Shown here in pieces: positions 1 to 11,053 of a stretch of 64,000 nt of DNA. Position 1 is the first letter of the stretch. Each line of letters begins with the position of its first letter. A program made the position numbers and the translations under genes. The DNA comes from Mytilus californianus (taxonomy: Eukaryota), in contig NW_026262690.1 in the NCBI RefSeq assembly GCF_021869535.1, forward strand, positions 65,410,001-65,474,000. Direction: 5' to 3'. Below the pieces are notes generated by a model, which was not told the DNA's origin, made no database searches, and worked only from the letters and a program-made list of their open reading frames with translations.

Positions 1-330
1 AGTTTAACTAAGTTGTGGCCTTGATTTTTGAAAGAATAAAATTCTATAACCCTCCAAAGTGTGAAAAATGGACAATTTTCACAATTTTTGATGTCTGAAA
101 ACTGGAAAATTCCCCCTTTTTTATGAATAAAATCCTATAACTCAGAAACGTAAAATCCAAAATTTATAAAAATCCAAAGGGAGCTTATAACAATAGATGT
201 GAACAATTCGACAACATTTCATGAAAATTGGTGAAAGCATTTTTGATTAATTGTCAGTATTGATGACAGATCGACGGACAGACAGATGGACAATGGTATA
301 CCATAATATGTCCCGCAAACGAATGTATGA
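1..330 (+). mobile_element. 3' part of a degenerate Helentron/HINE-like non-autonomous element
   Basis: GACG/GACA microsatellite (gacagatcgacggacagacagatggac) followed by ataccataatatgtcccg, the same architecture as the other HINE-like 3' ends in this window. Confidence 0.5.
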
Positions 331-758
331 AAATTTAAAATAACCCCTGGAAGTGGAAATAAGTCATGGAAAACTTTTGTCAGATGGACATATTTTCCTC
401 ACAAACAATATACCTACCAAATAATGTACACCAATCATATGAAGTTACTGCAGAACAGATCTAATCTTGAAACTTCACCTGACCACTTGAGCATGAATAT
501 TTTGAGATCAGGCTAAGGTCAGGGCAAAGATTGGGTGACAAGATCTGATCATGAAAATCTCCATACATATCTTTATTAATTCAGTTGAAAGTGGGAATGA
601 GTTAGTTAGAAATTTTAAAACACTATATGCTGTCATGAAAGTTATACCTAACTTTTGCCTACTACAACTTTCATTGAAGATAAGACAAATACCAATATCC
701 TAAAACAGGAGCAAATTTTGTTGTCTGAATGTTATAACTTATAACATATAAAACTTAC

Positions 759-874
759 TGATCAGCATCAAGGACAGAAAATGAATCAATAAATGGAAAA
801 TTCCCTGCAATAGCCTCAAATTCTGCATGTGATATAAACCCATCTCTGTCATGATCATAATTTTTAAACACAGC
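759..874 (-). CDS. RASGRP: RASGRP EF-hand exon (AVFKNYDHDRDGFISHAEFEAIAGNFPFIDSFSVLDAD)
   Basis: 116 nt, phase 0/2, tttcag/gtaagt. Canonical EF loop DHDRDGFISHAE. Next exon not found in 1-758. Confidence 0.97.
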
Positions 875-2142
875 CTGAAAAACAAATAACGCATGAATAA
901 CTATACATTCTGTAAATATTTAACTCTTTAATGTAAATATATTAAAGTCACTAGATGTCATTAGGTTTTTTGAATTGTTGGGTTGCTGTCTCAATGAAGT
1001 TTACCCCATTTCAATTTTAGTAACACTAAGTTCATTATTTATTTCCACAAGAGAAACCTAGAATAACTCAAAACTGGGCTTTAGTTTTGAAACAGGATAA
1101 ATAACATGCTAAAATCCCTACCTATTCATATATTTCATTGGAAAATCACAACCTATTTATATATTTTTTACTGATGATAACATTGAATCATTCATAATAT
1201 TAGATAAAAAGATCAGAACACAGTTTTAAGGAAGAGAGGGCGGATTGGTGCAACACTGCAACAGATGCGTTCGCTCTTCTATGTGATGAGACTATAACTT
1301 AATGCATATTTTTTGGTGTGCATTGATGTTTAAACATTTCTAAAGGTCCTTAAATTATTTTCATTACTTTAAAATTCAAGTTCTATTAAGATTTTCTGAC
1401 CATTCTTAGTTAAATTTTGATCAATATATAGTCATAGAAGTTATTTGTAACCAATGCTTTATCCACAGTTTCGGTGTTTATATACAGGTCCAATATAACT
1501 GCTGAAATAAATGGTTGTAGATAAATAAACTGTCTAATTAGAGAGTTCCAGTTTTAACATATCCTTTTCTTTGGGGAAAAATATCCATTTAACTCAGATA
1601 TTAGGTTTGTTTTTAGTGTGTGGTAACTAGAAGTACACCAGATAGGTACAAACATGTACTTCTTTTCTTCTTTTAATAAGGAAGGGGTCACATTCATAGG
1701 ACATTTTTTTCTTGATTATTATCATTAAAAATGTAAGTTTATATTGTTATTTTGAACATGTACAATATTCATATACACATCTCTTATTGCATTTTATTTT
1801 TTTTTTTTTTCTTTGCTTTTTTCAAAAGTTGAACTAAATATTATTTTTTTTTTTCACCAGAGAATTCGAAATTGGTCGAACTAATTGGGCAGCTTCAAAA
1901 TATCGTTTTTAATTTCTTTCCTAATCAATAGATAACCAGCAAGGTCATTACTGGGGTTAGAACATGAGTAGTCCATGTTCATCATGGTTATTATCTTTTT
2001 TTACCCATAGGTTACCTATGGGCAGATATCCAAACATGCCCATAAGTAATTAGCACAGCACATTTTTATAAAAGAATGAAAGCAGACATGAAATCAAGTG
2101 GTAATGATAGTTAGCTCTACAGTAATATCTTGATAATCTTTA

Positions 2143-2350
2143 TGCTACATGTGGAGCAGGATCTGTTTACCCTTTCGGAGCACCTGACATCTCCCCCAGG
2201 TTTTGGTCAGGTTTGTGATGCTAAATCTTTAGATTTCTATGTTGTGCTTTGTATACTGTAGTTTGTCTTTTGGGCGTTTCTTTGCCATGACTGTTGTAAG
2301 CTTGTAACGGACTTTTGAGTTTGAATATCTCTTTGGTAGCTTCTCCTTTC
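2143..2350. repeat. Dispersed bivalve repeat (catgtggagcaggatctg...ggagcacctga... type), class uncertain
   Basis: Recognised from memory as an abundant mussel repeat. Not verified by search. Confidence 0.5.
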
Positions 2351-2409
2351 TTTGAGTCAATATAGAGCCATCAGCTCCTTCTACTTTGTCATGTATAAAA
2401 TAAACATAC

Positions 2410-2511
2410 CTCTACCATATCGTACACATGTTTGTTGATTGTATTTGGATCAGGGGGACTAACTCCTGCCAACCAGTCAGCAAATACTACTGGCTTGGTA
2501 GGTGTGGAAGG
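2410..2511 (-). CDS. RASGRP: RASGRP linker/PT exon ([34 protein letters not shown])
   Basis: 102 nt, phase 0/0, t-run+acag/gtatgt. Matches family [27 protein letters not shown]. Confidence 0.96.
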
Positions 2512-3278
2512 CTGTAAAAAAAAAAATAGGTACTTGGAAATCAGAAAATACATAATTTCATTATGAAATATCGTCTTATATTTTGAAATGAAATAAGGTT
2601 TTCTGACCAAACATTCAAATTTTATAAAATCATGTAAAACAATAGAATGCCCCTGTAATTGTTAAATATCAAGACAAATTTAAAGGAGGGTGGAAGTGAT
2701 CACCATTCTGATTAAAATACAGATTACAAGGAACTGACAACACTCTGTTCTACTTTCTGTTCTCGTAATCATTACATCAGCCAATGACATTTTTGTCTTC
2801 AAATGTTTTTAAGGTATGTATCATTACTACAATATCAGAGAATCCTGAAAGATTTTTTTTAAAACAGATACAAGAGTGCCAGTGGAGTGTTGACAGATCC
2901 TTGTAAGAGAAGCATGGACACAGTATCTGTATTTCAATCAGATAGATCAATCACATAGTTACTTATTAACAACAAGATTTGAAGCAGGGCCTGAGGGAAT
3001 GGGCCAATTAAAAAATTTTTTTAGCTAAAATGCAATTATTTCTTTCAAAAGATATTTCTAGATTGCTGCATGGTGTGACAGAATATTTTTGCCATTTTTG
3101 TCTTCATTTAACTGAGAGAAAAAAATCATCATATTCTGTCCCTATGTCAGACACAAAAAAATTCAAATTTTGGACAATATAACTCATTTTTAGGCCATAT
3201 CTAATAAATATGTATTAATGCCTATGAGTTAAGCCTAATGAGGGCCCCCTGTATTTTTATAAAGAGTTGAATACTTAC

Positions 3279-3359
3279 TGAAGATAATGAGTTTCGTGGT
3301 TCTCTAGCTAATGACAATTCATAAATTTCATCCTCTGTGTAGTGTAAATCTAATGATAG
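3279..3359 (-). CDS. RASGRP: RASGRP CDC25 C-terminal exon ([27 protein letters not shown])
   Basis: 81 nt, phase 0/0, ttatag/gtaagt. Nearly identical to family [22 protein letters not shown]. Confidence 0.97.
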
Positions 3360-4778
3360 CTATAAACAGAAACAAAAATGGATAACAATGATATGTAAAA
3401 CAATTAATATAGGTGTTCCCACTGTCTGTATCACTCTACTCAGCTCTTCATCAAATTACATATCATGGCTTTTTGACGTCAAATACGATAACCCCGCCTA
3501 AATAACTTAGACCTGTCATAATGAATGAACTGACAATGAAAAAATTTGACCCAAACTTGTCAAGTCATCTTCTGGTTTGCTGGTGAAACAAAGAAAACAC
3601 TTGTTTCTTTCATGCAAAATACACAAATATAATCGGATAAATCAATTATCAGATTTTCATCATATTTATTTTGTCAATGTCAGCTACTTGACACAATATG
3701 AAGCCTCTTCGCTGTGCTCACTCAACATAAACTTCATATTTTGACTCGCAGCTGATATTTTACAATATCAATATGCAGACAACCTGATAATCGGTACCAA
3801 TCTTCAAGAGGCTGCTTATCTCCTTATCTTGTATAAACAACTTATCCTGTTGATTGTGTTTTTGGGTTGATGACATATGCCCCATATATATTTTTTTATC
3901 TTTATGTTAATTTAATAAAAAAAAAAAAAGCTACATCAAAATAATTAAGGAAGGGGATTTTAACTGACATAAATTCAAATTACACTTTGTAATTTACAGA
4001 AATAACTGCTTCATTTTTTTTATAACAAACCTAAGTTTTCTGACAGCTTTTATATGAAGCATACTTAGTCATGTTTTGCAATTTCTGTTCTGTTAAACAT
4101 GATTCTTTTTTTCTGTAAATACGTCAATGATAAAGGAATCAAATATCAAATAACATCAAATATACACAAGATTCCAATTTCCATTTTATGAATGAACTGC
4201 TCCGGTTGACCTGGGGTCATTTGACGGAAAACGTGTCATAGGACAGGGTGATGTAAAAATATTTGCTTTGTGACATCAAATTTTTCTGGGAAAGCACCAA
4301 TTGGAAGATCATGTATTAAAAAGAAAAGGAATATGATAAATAAATAACATCATTCATGACTTCAAAGCATGACAACTATGTAATCTTATCACATATTTGT
4401 TACGATTACATTGGGTTTTGCATATGTAATAACCTCAAAATTGCCCGGGGCAATAAAGAGGTTATTGGTTGTTTTGCCCTGATTCCAAATGACGTGACGC
4501 CATTGCGTCCTTAACGACAATGGCAACTAGTAACAATGCACAACCAACAGTTATAGATTTAGCCCCAATTATGCCAAATTCTGGCATTTGTGTATTGCCA
4601 TACTCCAAAATAAGTGGAAATGTGACAATAAATTTCTATGGAGTTATGATAAAAACTAAATTTGAAAATGGGATAAAACTTTTGTGATAAAATTTTTAAG
4701 ATTTTACCTGTTATATTTCATTAAATTGTTATAATTGAACTTTTTTTCTCTTTTCTGCAGAACTTAATTATGTGATAA

Positions 4779-4920
4779 ATAGATTATAACATGTCTTTTC
4801 CATATTGGCCCTGGTATCATCCCTCGACCCATATCGGCCCTCGGCTAAAGCCTCAAGGCCGATATGGGAGTCTCAGGATGATACCAGGGCCAATATGGAA
4901 AAGGGCATGTTATAATCTAT
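4779..4920. mobile_element. Fold-back (palindromic) MITE-like element
   Basis: Outer arms of 44/45 nt (1 mismatch, 1 indel) plus a perfect inner 12-bp arm cccatatcggcc/ggccgatatggg. Confidence 0.8.
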
Positions 4921-7115
4921 ACATATCATATAGGTCCTCTTCAAATGGGCCATATATTTGAATTAAACATATACCATGTACCAATATTGAATATGTTATG
5001 TACTGGAGTTAACGAGACTCAAGTACAGTAAGTGCAAGACATTCTTTTTTCAAGAATCGACAAATTTCATCAACTGTTAATTCCTGCTCAATAAAACCTG
5101 GTAAATCTAACAATGCAATTTTAATATGATCGTGATATATGACAACTTGATTAATCTTGGATCATTTAATCTAATCATGTGTGAAGATTTTTATATTGAT
5201 TCTGAGTTAAGTGCATATAGTTCAGTTAGTCATTTCTTTGTTCAAAAGAACCATTCCAAGATTTCTTTGTAGAGTTTTTAGGGGACCTACTTCACTACTA
5301 AAGGAGAATTTTTGGTAAGAGCCATATTAGGCCCTGAAGAATATTAAGTCCTTATGAATGACTTTTCTGATAAAGTGTTGACATCTACACCCCATATAGT
5401 TGACAAAATCATCATGATTTCAACTAAAGGAGAAGGGGAAATCACTGGGGGGGGGGGGGGTCTCTTCCTATATGAAGGTATATACATATGTGCCGCTGGA
5501 ATGGGTCCCTTTTTTGATATGTCAAATATATCAATGGGGTGCAATTTTATAGAGGAAATATATCAATAGGTAGTAATTGACCAATTGTGATATATCAATG
5601 GGTCATAATTTTTCAGTTTGTTGTGAAAGATCTTCAATGAATTTCACAAACTCTTTGTCATTAAAATTTCCACATCTGCAGAAACTTATTGACACAAGTT
5701 TTGTTATTGATCAAATTGTATTACACTGTCACAATTAATAATCTTTACCCACTAGAGTATAGTAAAAAAAAGGTCACATATCGAACCTTTTGCACTTATT
5801 GGGTAACACATCGATCTATTTGCACTAATCTTGTTGCGTTTATTCTCATTGTGTTTTTACTTGTTATTGTTTATAAAGTTCAATATTTCATATAAATTAA
5901 AGTATATTATATAATTGAAAAGTGTTTTTTATATAATAAGATTGTATATGCATATAGGTACTATTTCAGCTAATTAATATATGAATGGGTTATGATTTCG
6001 CTGTGAAATATATGTATAGATAGGGATTTCATAATTATTCAATATATGAATGGGGGGTGTTTTTTAAATCCCAGCTGCACAACTGTACCCAAAATCCCAT
6101 GTTGCTGTACTGAGGTACAAAATGTGTTCAGAAAAATAAAAACAAATTTCATATTTATCTAGTTACCATGATAACAAACCGTGACGAAATTTAAATTTTG
6201 TAGGGCCAAAAATTAACCTTAATGTCCCTATTCCTTTAGACCTAGAAAACATAGAGTGCAGGCTTCAACAAACTAGATATTCAAGTCAGATATATACGTA
6301 ATTTGTTATAATAAATATAATATTAAAAGATCTTTTATGTTGACGCATCCATGATATGTTTCCAGTCCTGAAATTTTCTTGCAAAAAAAACTAAATTTGA
6401 CGATTATACATAAATTTTCATGGTATAGACTATAGAGTAGTAAATTAATACTCTTTATTTTAAATTTCAAGAACAAAATATCATTTATAAACCATGTGAA
6501 TTTTTTGTATTCTTCTTATCAAATATTGATAATCAATCATTATTTTTTCTTGAATGGAATGTGATATTGTGAATTGATAAAGAGCTGAAAGGGTTTTCCC
6601 TGTTTATATGTAGATGTTCTATGACTTTCTATGGTAGCTGCCATTTCTCGACATTTTGAAATTCAGTTTGATATCCATTTGAAAAATGGCATATAATCAA
6701 CAAGCAAATAAAAATCCATCAATCAATCATTTAGCGCAACAAATCCACTGCGCATTCTATACAATTCCTCAGATAGGCTTGGTGAAATAAACATTGTTTT
6801 TATACGATTGTTGTGTTTTTAAGTGTTTTGAATAGGAAACAACATATATTTTGATATTGTATTTCTGACCATTCCCAGCACCTGATTCACTTTAGGTATC
6901 TGAACCATAATATTGTTTTAATGGTATATTCTAAATGTTAGATACTAACATAGTATGTTTTATTCTATTCGTAAATCGACATTATTTACACAGTCAACAC
7001 ACTAAATAAAGTTTTCAAGGAGTTTACCGAAGTCTTTATGTTATATATTTGTATTTGCATCCTGGTCTTTTTAACAATCATGTGATGCTTTAATGAAGTA
7101 TTCTTATATACTTAC

Positions 7116-7296
7116 TCGTAATGTGTTTACAAGATCCATGTTGGCACATACAGGTATACTATCTTGGTTTTGTAATTTGGTCAATTCTCGTAGCGTTTGA
7201 GACAACTGTGCCATTTTTCTGAAGTTAATTAACTTTCCTTCGATTTTATCTGGTACAGCTGTATGAAGCAGGATCAGATCTTTTAAATGAACCCCT
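7116..7296 (-). CDS. RASGRP: RASGRP CDC25 exon (GVHLKDLILLHTAVPDKIEGKLINFRKMAQLSQTLRELTKLQNQDSIPVCANMDLVNTLR)
   Basis: 181 nt, phase 2/0, ttacag/gtaagt. Completes IPIL-GVHLKDLI helical-hairpin motif. Confidence 0.97.
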
Positions 7297-7526
7297 CTGT
7301 AAATTGATTATTGAGAAAACATTTTTAAACATTTAATTTTTACCTCATATATTATTACTTCGATACATATTCATTCTTGCCAATAGTCTGTTTTCATCAT
7401 CTTAAACAGAAGAAAATCAGTCTGTTTTATGAGAATATAATATAAATTAAAAAGAGTTTTAAAGTAGTAAAAGGATAAGGGGTTGAGAAACATGCTGTTA
7501 TACTTCAAGGACGTATCACAAAGAAA

Positions 7527-10500
7527 TCAAGAAAGAATAAAATGCTTCGCTGGGGCGCAGCTTGATACGACCGCAGAGGTCGAACCCTGAACAGTTGGGG
7601 CAAGTATGGACACAACATTCAAGCTTGATACAGCTCTGAATTTGGATTGTTATTAAATATTTGACACAGCATAGGTTTCTGACACAGAAAGAATGTGGTC
7701 TAAGAACTTGAATTTTTTTAATTTACCTATTATGGTCCAATGTCCAAAATCAAAATACATGGTTAGATTCAGCATATCAAAGAACCCCATATTTTCAATT
7801 TTTGTTGAAATCAAACAAAGTTTAATTTAAAATCAAAATACATGGTAAGATTCAGCATATCAAAGAACCCCATATTTTCAATTTTTGTTGAAATCAAACA
7901 AAGTTTAATTTTGGACCCCAACTTGGACAAACTTGAAAACTGGGCCCATAATCAAAAATCTAAACACATGTTTAGATTCAGCATATCAAAGAACCCCAAT
8001 AATTCAATTTTTGCTAAAATCAAACTAAGTTTAATTTTGGACCCTTTGGACCTTAATGTAGACCAATTTAAAAAACGGGACTTAAAATTAAAAATCTAAA
8101 TACACGGTTAGATTTGGAATATCAAAGAACCCCAATAATTCAATTTTTGATGAAATCAAACAAAGTTTAATTTTGGACCCTTTTGACCTCAATATGAACC
8201 AATTTGATAGCGGGGCCCACAAATAAAAAATCTAAATTCATGGTTAGATTCAGCATATCAAAGAACCTCATATATTCAATTTTTGTTGAAATCAAACAAA
8301 GTTTAATTTTGGACCCCAATTTGGACCAACTTGAAAACTGGGCCCATAATCAAAAATCTAAATACATGTTTAGATTCAGCATATCAAAGAACCCCATATA
8401 TTCAATTTTTGTTGAAATCAAACAAAGTTTAAATACTGGACCCTATCTTGGACCAACTTGAAAACAGGGCCCATAATCAAAAATCTAAACACATGTTTAG
8501 ATTTAGCATATCAAAGAACCCCAAGAATTCAATTTTTGTTAAAATCAAACTAAGTTTAATTTTGGACCATTTGGACCTCAATGAAGACCAATTTTAAAAA
8601 ATGGGACCCAAATTAAAAATCTAAAAACACGGTTAGATTTGGCATATCAAAGAACCCCAATAATTCAATTTTTGATGAAATCAAACAAAGTTTAATTTTA
8701 GACCCTTTTGACCTCAATATGAACCAATTTGATAGCGGGGCCCACAAATAAAAAATCTAAATACATGGTTAGATTCAGCATATCAAAGAACCTCATATAT
8801 TCAATTTTTGTTGAAATCAAACAAAGTTTAATTTTGGACCCCGATTTTGGACCAACTTGAAAACTGGGCCCATAATCAAAAATCTAAATACATGTTTAGA
8901 TTCAGCATATCAAAGAACCCCATATATTCAATTTTTGTTGAAATCAAACAAAGTTTACATACTGGACCCTATCTTGGACCAACTTGAAAACTGGGCCCAT
9001 AATCAAAAATCTAAACACATGTTTAGATTCAGCATATAAAAGAACCCCAAGAATTCAATTTTTGTTAAAATCAAACTAAGTTTAATTTTGGACCCTTTGG
9101 ACCTTAATGTAGACCAATTTAAAAAAAAGGACCCAAAATTAAAAATCTAAATACACGGTTAGATTTGGAATATCAAAGAACCCCAATAATTCAATTTTAG
9201 ATGAAATCAAACAAAGTTTAATTTTGGACCCTTTTGACCTCAATATGAACCAATTTGATAACGGGGGTCCACAAATAAAAAATTTAAATACATGGTTAGA
9301 TTCAGCATATCAAAGAACCCCATATATTCAATTTTTGTTGAAATCAAACAAAGTTTAATTTTGGACCCCAATTTGGACCAACTTGAAAACTGGGCCAAAA
9401 ATCAAAAATCTAAATACATGTTTAGATTCAGCATATCAAAGAACCTCATATATTCAATTTTTGCTAAAATCAAACAAAGTTTAATTTGGACCCTTTGGAC
9501 CTTAATGTAGACCAATTTGAAAACTGGACCCAAAATTAAAAATCTAAATACACTGTTAGATTCGGCATAACAAATAAATAAATGTGATCAAAGATTTTAC
9601 AAATCTAATGCGCCATACTGTGCAATTAAAGATTACTTCTTGAAATTTTTCAATATTTGAAATTTGAAAAAGAAATAATATTTGAAGAATAATTCTTTTT
9701 AATTTCTGAAATCTGAAATGAGAAAAAATTGACCCCCCACAATTTCTTTTTATCCCCCCCCCCCCTTTTTTCCCCAAAAAATTCTTTCCCTCAAGATATG
9801 GTCATAATCTCAATTCAAATTTCCAATGGAGTTGGCAACCATAATTACCCATTTAAATTTACCATAGTGCTAACTTAATCTATTTTATAATAGAATTAAA
9901 AATATAGTGTCAAATCTTTCATATGGATTTTTTTGTAAAAAAAAAAGATGCAACATTTGCAGATATTTTTACTGGTCTTCCTTTATAAATATGTATTTCT
10001 TTAAACATAATTTAAAAGCAGTGTAAGGGAAGTAACCAAAACGTTGTATTTGGATTACCTCCCTTACACTGTTTTAAATTATCTTTATTGTTCATTAACC
10101 ATTACTTTATACATAATTTAAAAGCAGTGTAAGGGAGATAATTTCAATGATGTATTTGATTTATCTCCCTTACACTGCTTTAAATTATGTTTTGTACTAA
10201 AGTATTTGTCCATTAACCAGGACAACCTTGTTTTTCCCCCTTTTTTGCCCCTAATTCCTAAACGGTTTGAGCCATAACCCCCCAAAGCAAATCCTAACCA
10301 TCCCTTTGTGGTATGGAAACTTGTAGTATAATTTCAGAGAGATCCATACACCGTTGCACAGTTATTGTCTGGAAACTAGAAAATGCTTATTTTTGGCCCC
10401 TTTTTGGCCCCTAATTCCTTAACTGTTGGTACCATAACCCCCAAAATCAATCCCAACCTTCCTTTTGTGGTATTTAACCTTATGGTCAAATTTCAAAAAG

Positions 10501-10614
10501 ATCCATTCACTTAAACTAAAGTTAGAGTGCGAAAACCAAGGTGTCTTCGGACGACGACGACGCCAACATCATACCAATATACGACCACAAACATTTTTTG
10601 CGGTCGTATAAAAA
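7527..10614 (+). mobile_element. 3.1-kb Helentron/HINE-like composite element with internal satellite array
   Basis: Perfect 11-bp subterminal inverted repeat atacgaccgca (7565-7575) / tgcggtcgtat (10599-10609), 3' hairpin partner tatacgaccacaa (10578-10590), (GAC)n microsatellite, A-rich end, internal tandem arrays. Confidence 0.75.
7746..9560 (+). repeat. Satellite-like array of 125-138-bp monomers forming a ~525-bp 4-mer higher-order repeat
   Basis: Shared core aaaatctaaatacatggttagattcagcatatcaaagaaccc...aaagtttaattttggaccc. Linker variant ttttgacctcaatatgaacc recurs at 8181, 8706 and 9232. Confidence 0.92.
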
Positions 10615-10722
10615 CCATATAAAGTCCAAAAATCTTTATATTTTCCTAACTGGATGTGACTAATTTTTCATTTTCTTAATTAGAAGCATAAAAATACCCT
10701 TAATAAGAGGGTTCATACTTAC

Positions 10723-10820
10723 AATATAGGAATCTTAAAATGAATACACTGATTGAACACTTTTCTGTAGTTACTGAAGTTATTACTGGATGACAATAAC
10801 TCTGTAAACTCCATCAAAGT
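10723..10820 (-). CDS. RASGRP: RASGRP CDC25 exon (TLMEFTELLSSSNNFSNYRKVFNQCIHFKIPI)
   Basis: 98 nt, phase 0/2, tttcag/gtaagt. TELLSS..N..NYR...C..FKIPI family motif. Confidence 0.96.
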
Positions 10821-10846
10821 CTGAAACACAATGTCATGATCAATTA

Positions 10847-11053
10847 CTGTAAATTCAGAAATTATTGCGTGCATTTATTATTGCGATTTTTGAAGAATTG
10901 ACAAAAATGTGAGATTAATTAATGCGATTTCAGGAAAATCTGCAGTAAGATATATATATTGGATATCAGAATGCAAGTTCTTATTATTGCAATGGTCACT
11001 TAGTCACATTATTCGCATTAATAAAAACCTTGCAATTATTTCTGAATTTACAG
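10847..11053. mobile_element. TA-flanked MITE (ctgtaaattcagaaa family)
   Basis: 22-bp TIR with 1 mismatch, TA on both sides. A related copy starts at 17872. Confidence 0.88.

Noticed and set aside
2814-2867. + strand gtatgt...aaacag mini-intron with a short downstream open frame
   Set aside because: Only 54 nt long, upstream segment closed in all three frames, no recognisable protein.
7746-9560. CRISPR-like look (constant core with variable linkers) and ORFs 7842-9510
   Set aside because: Linkers are not unique spacers but four recurring variants in fixed order. The core is ~90 bp, the context is eukaryotic intron, and no cas genes are present. The ORFs are repeat translations.
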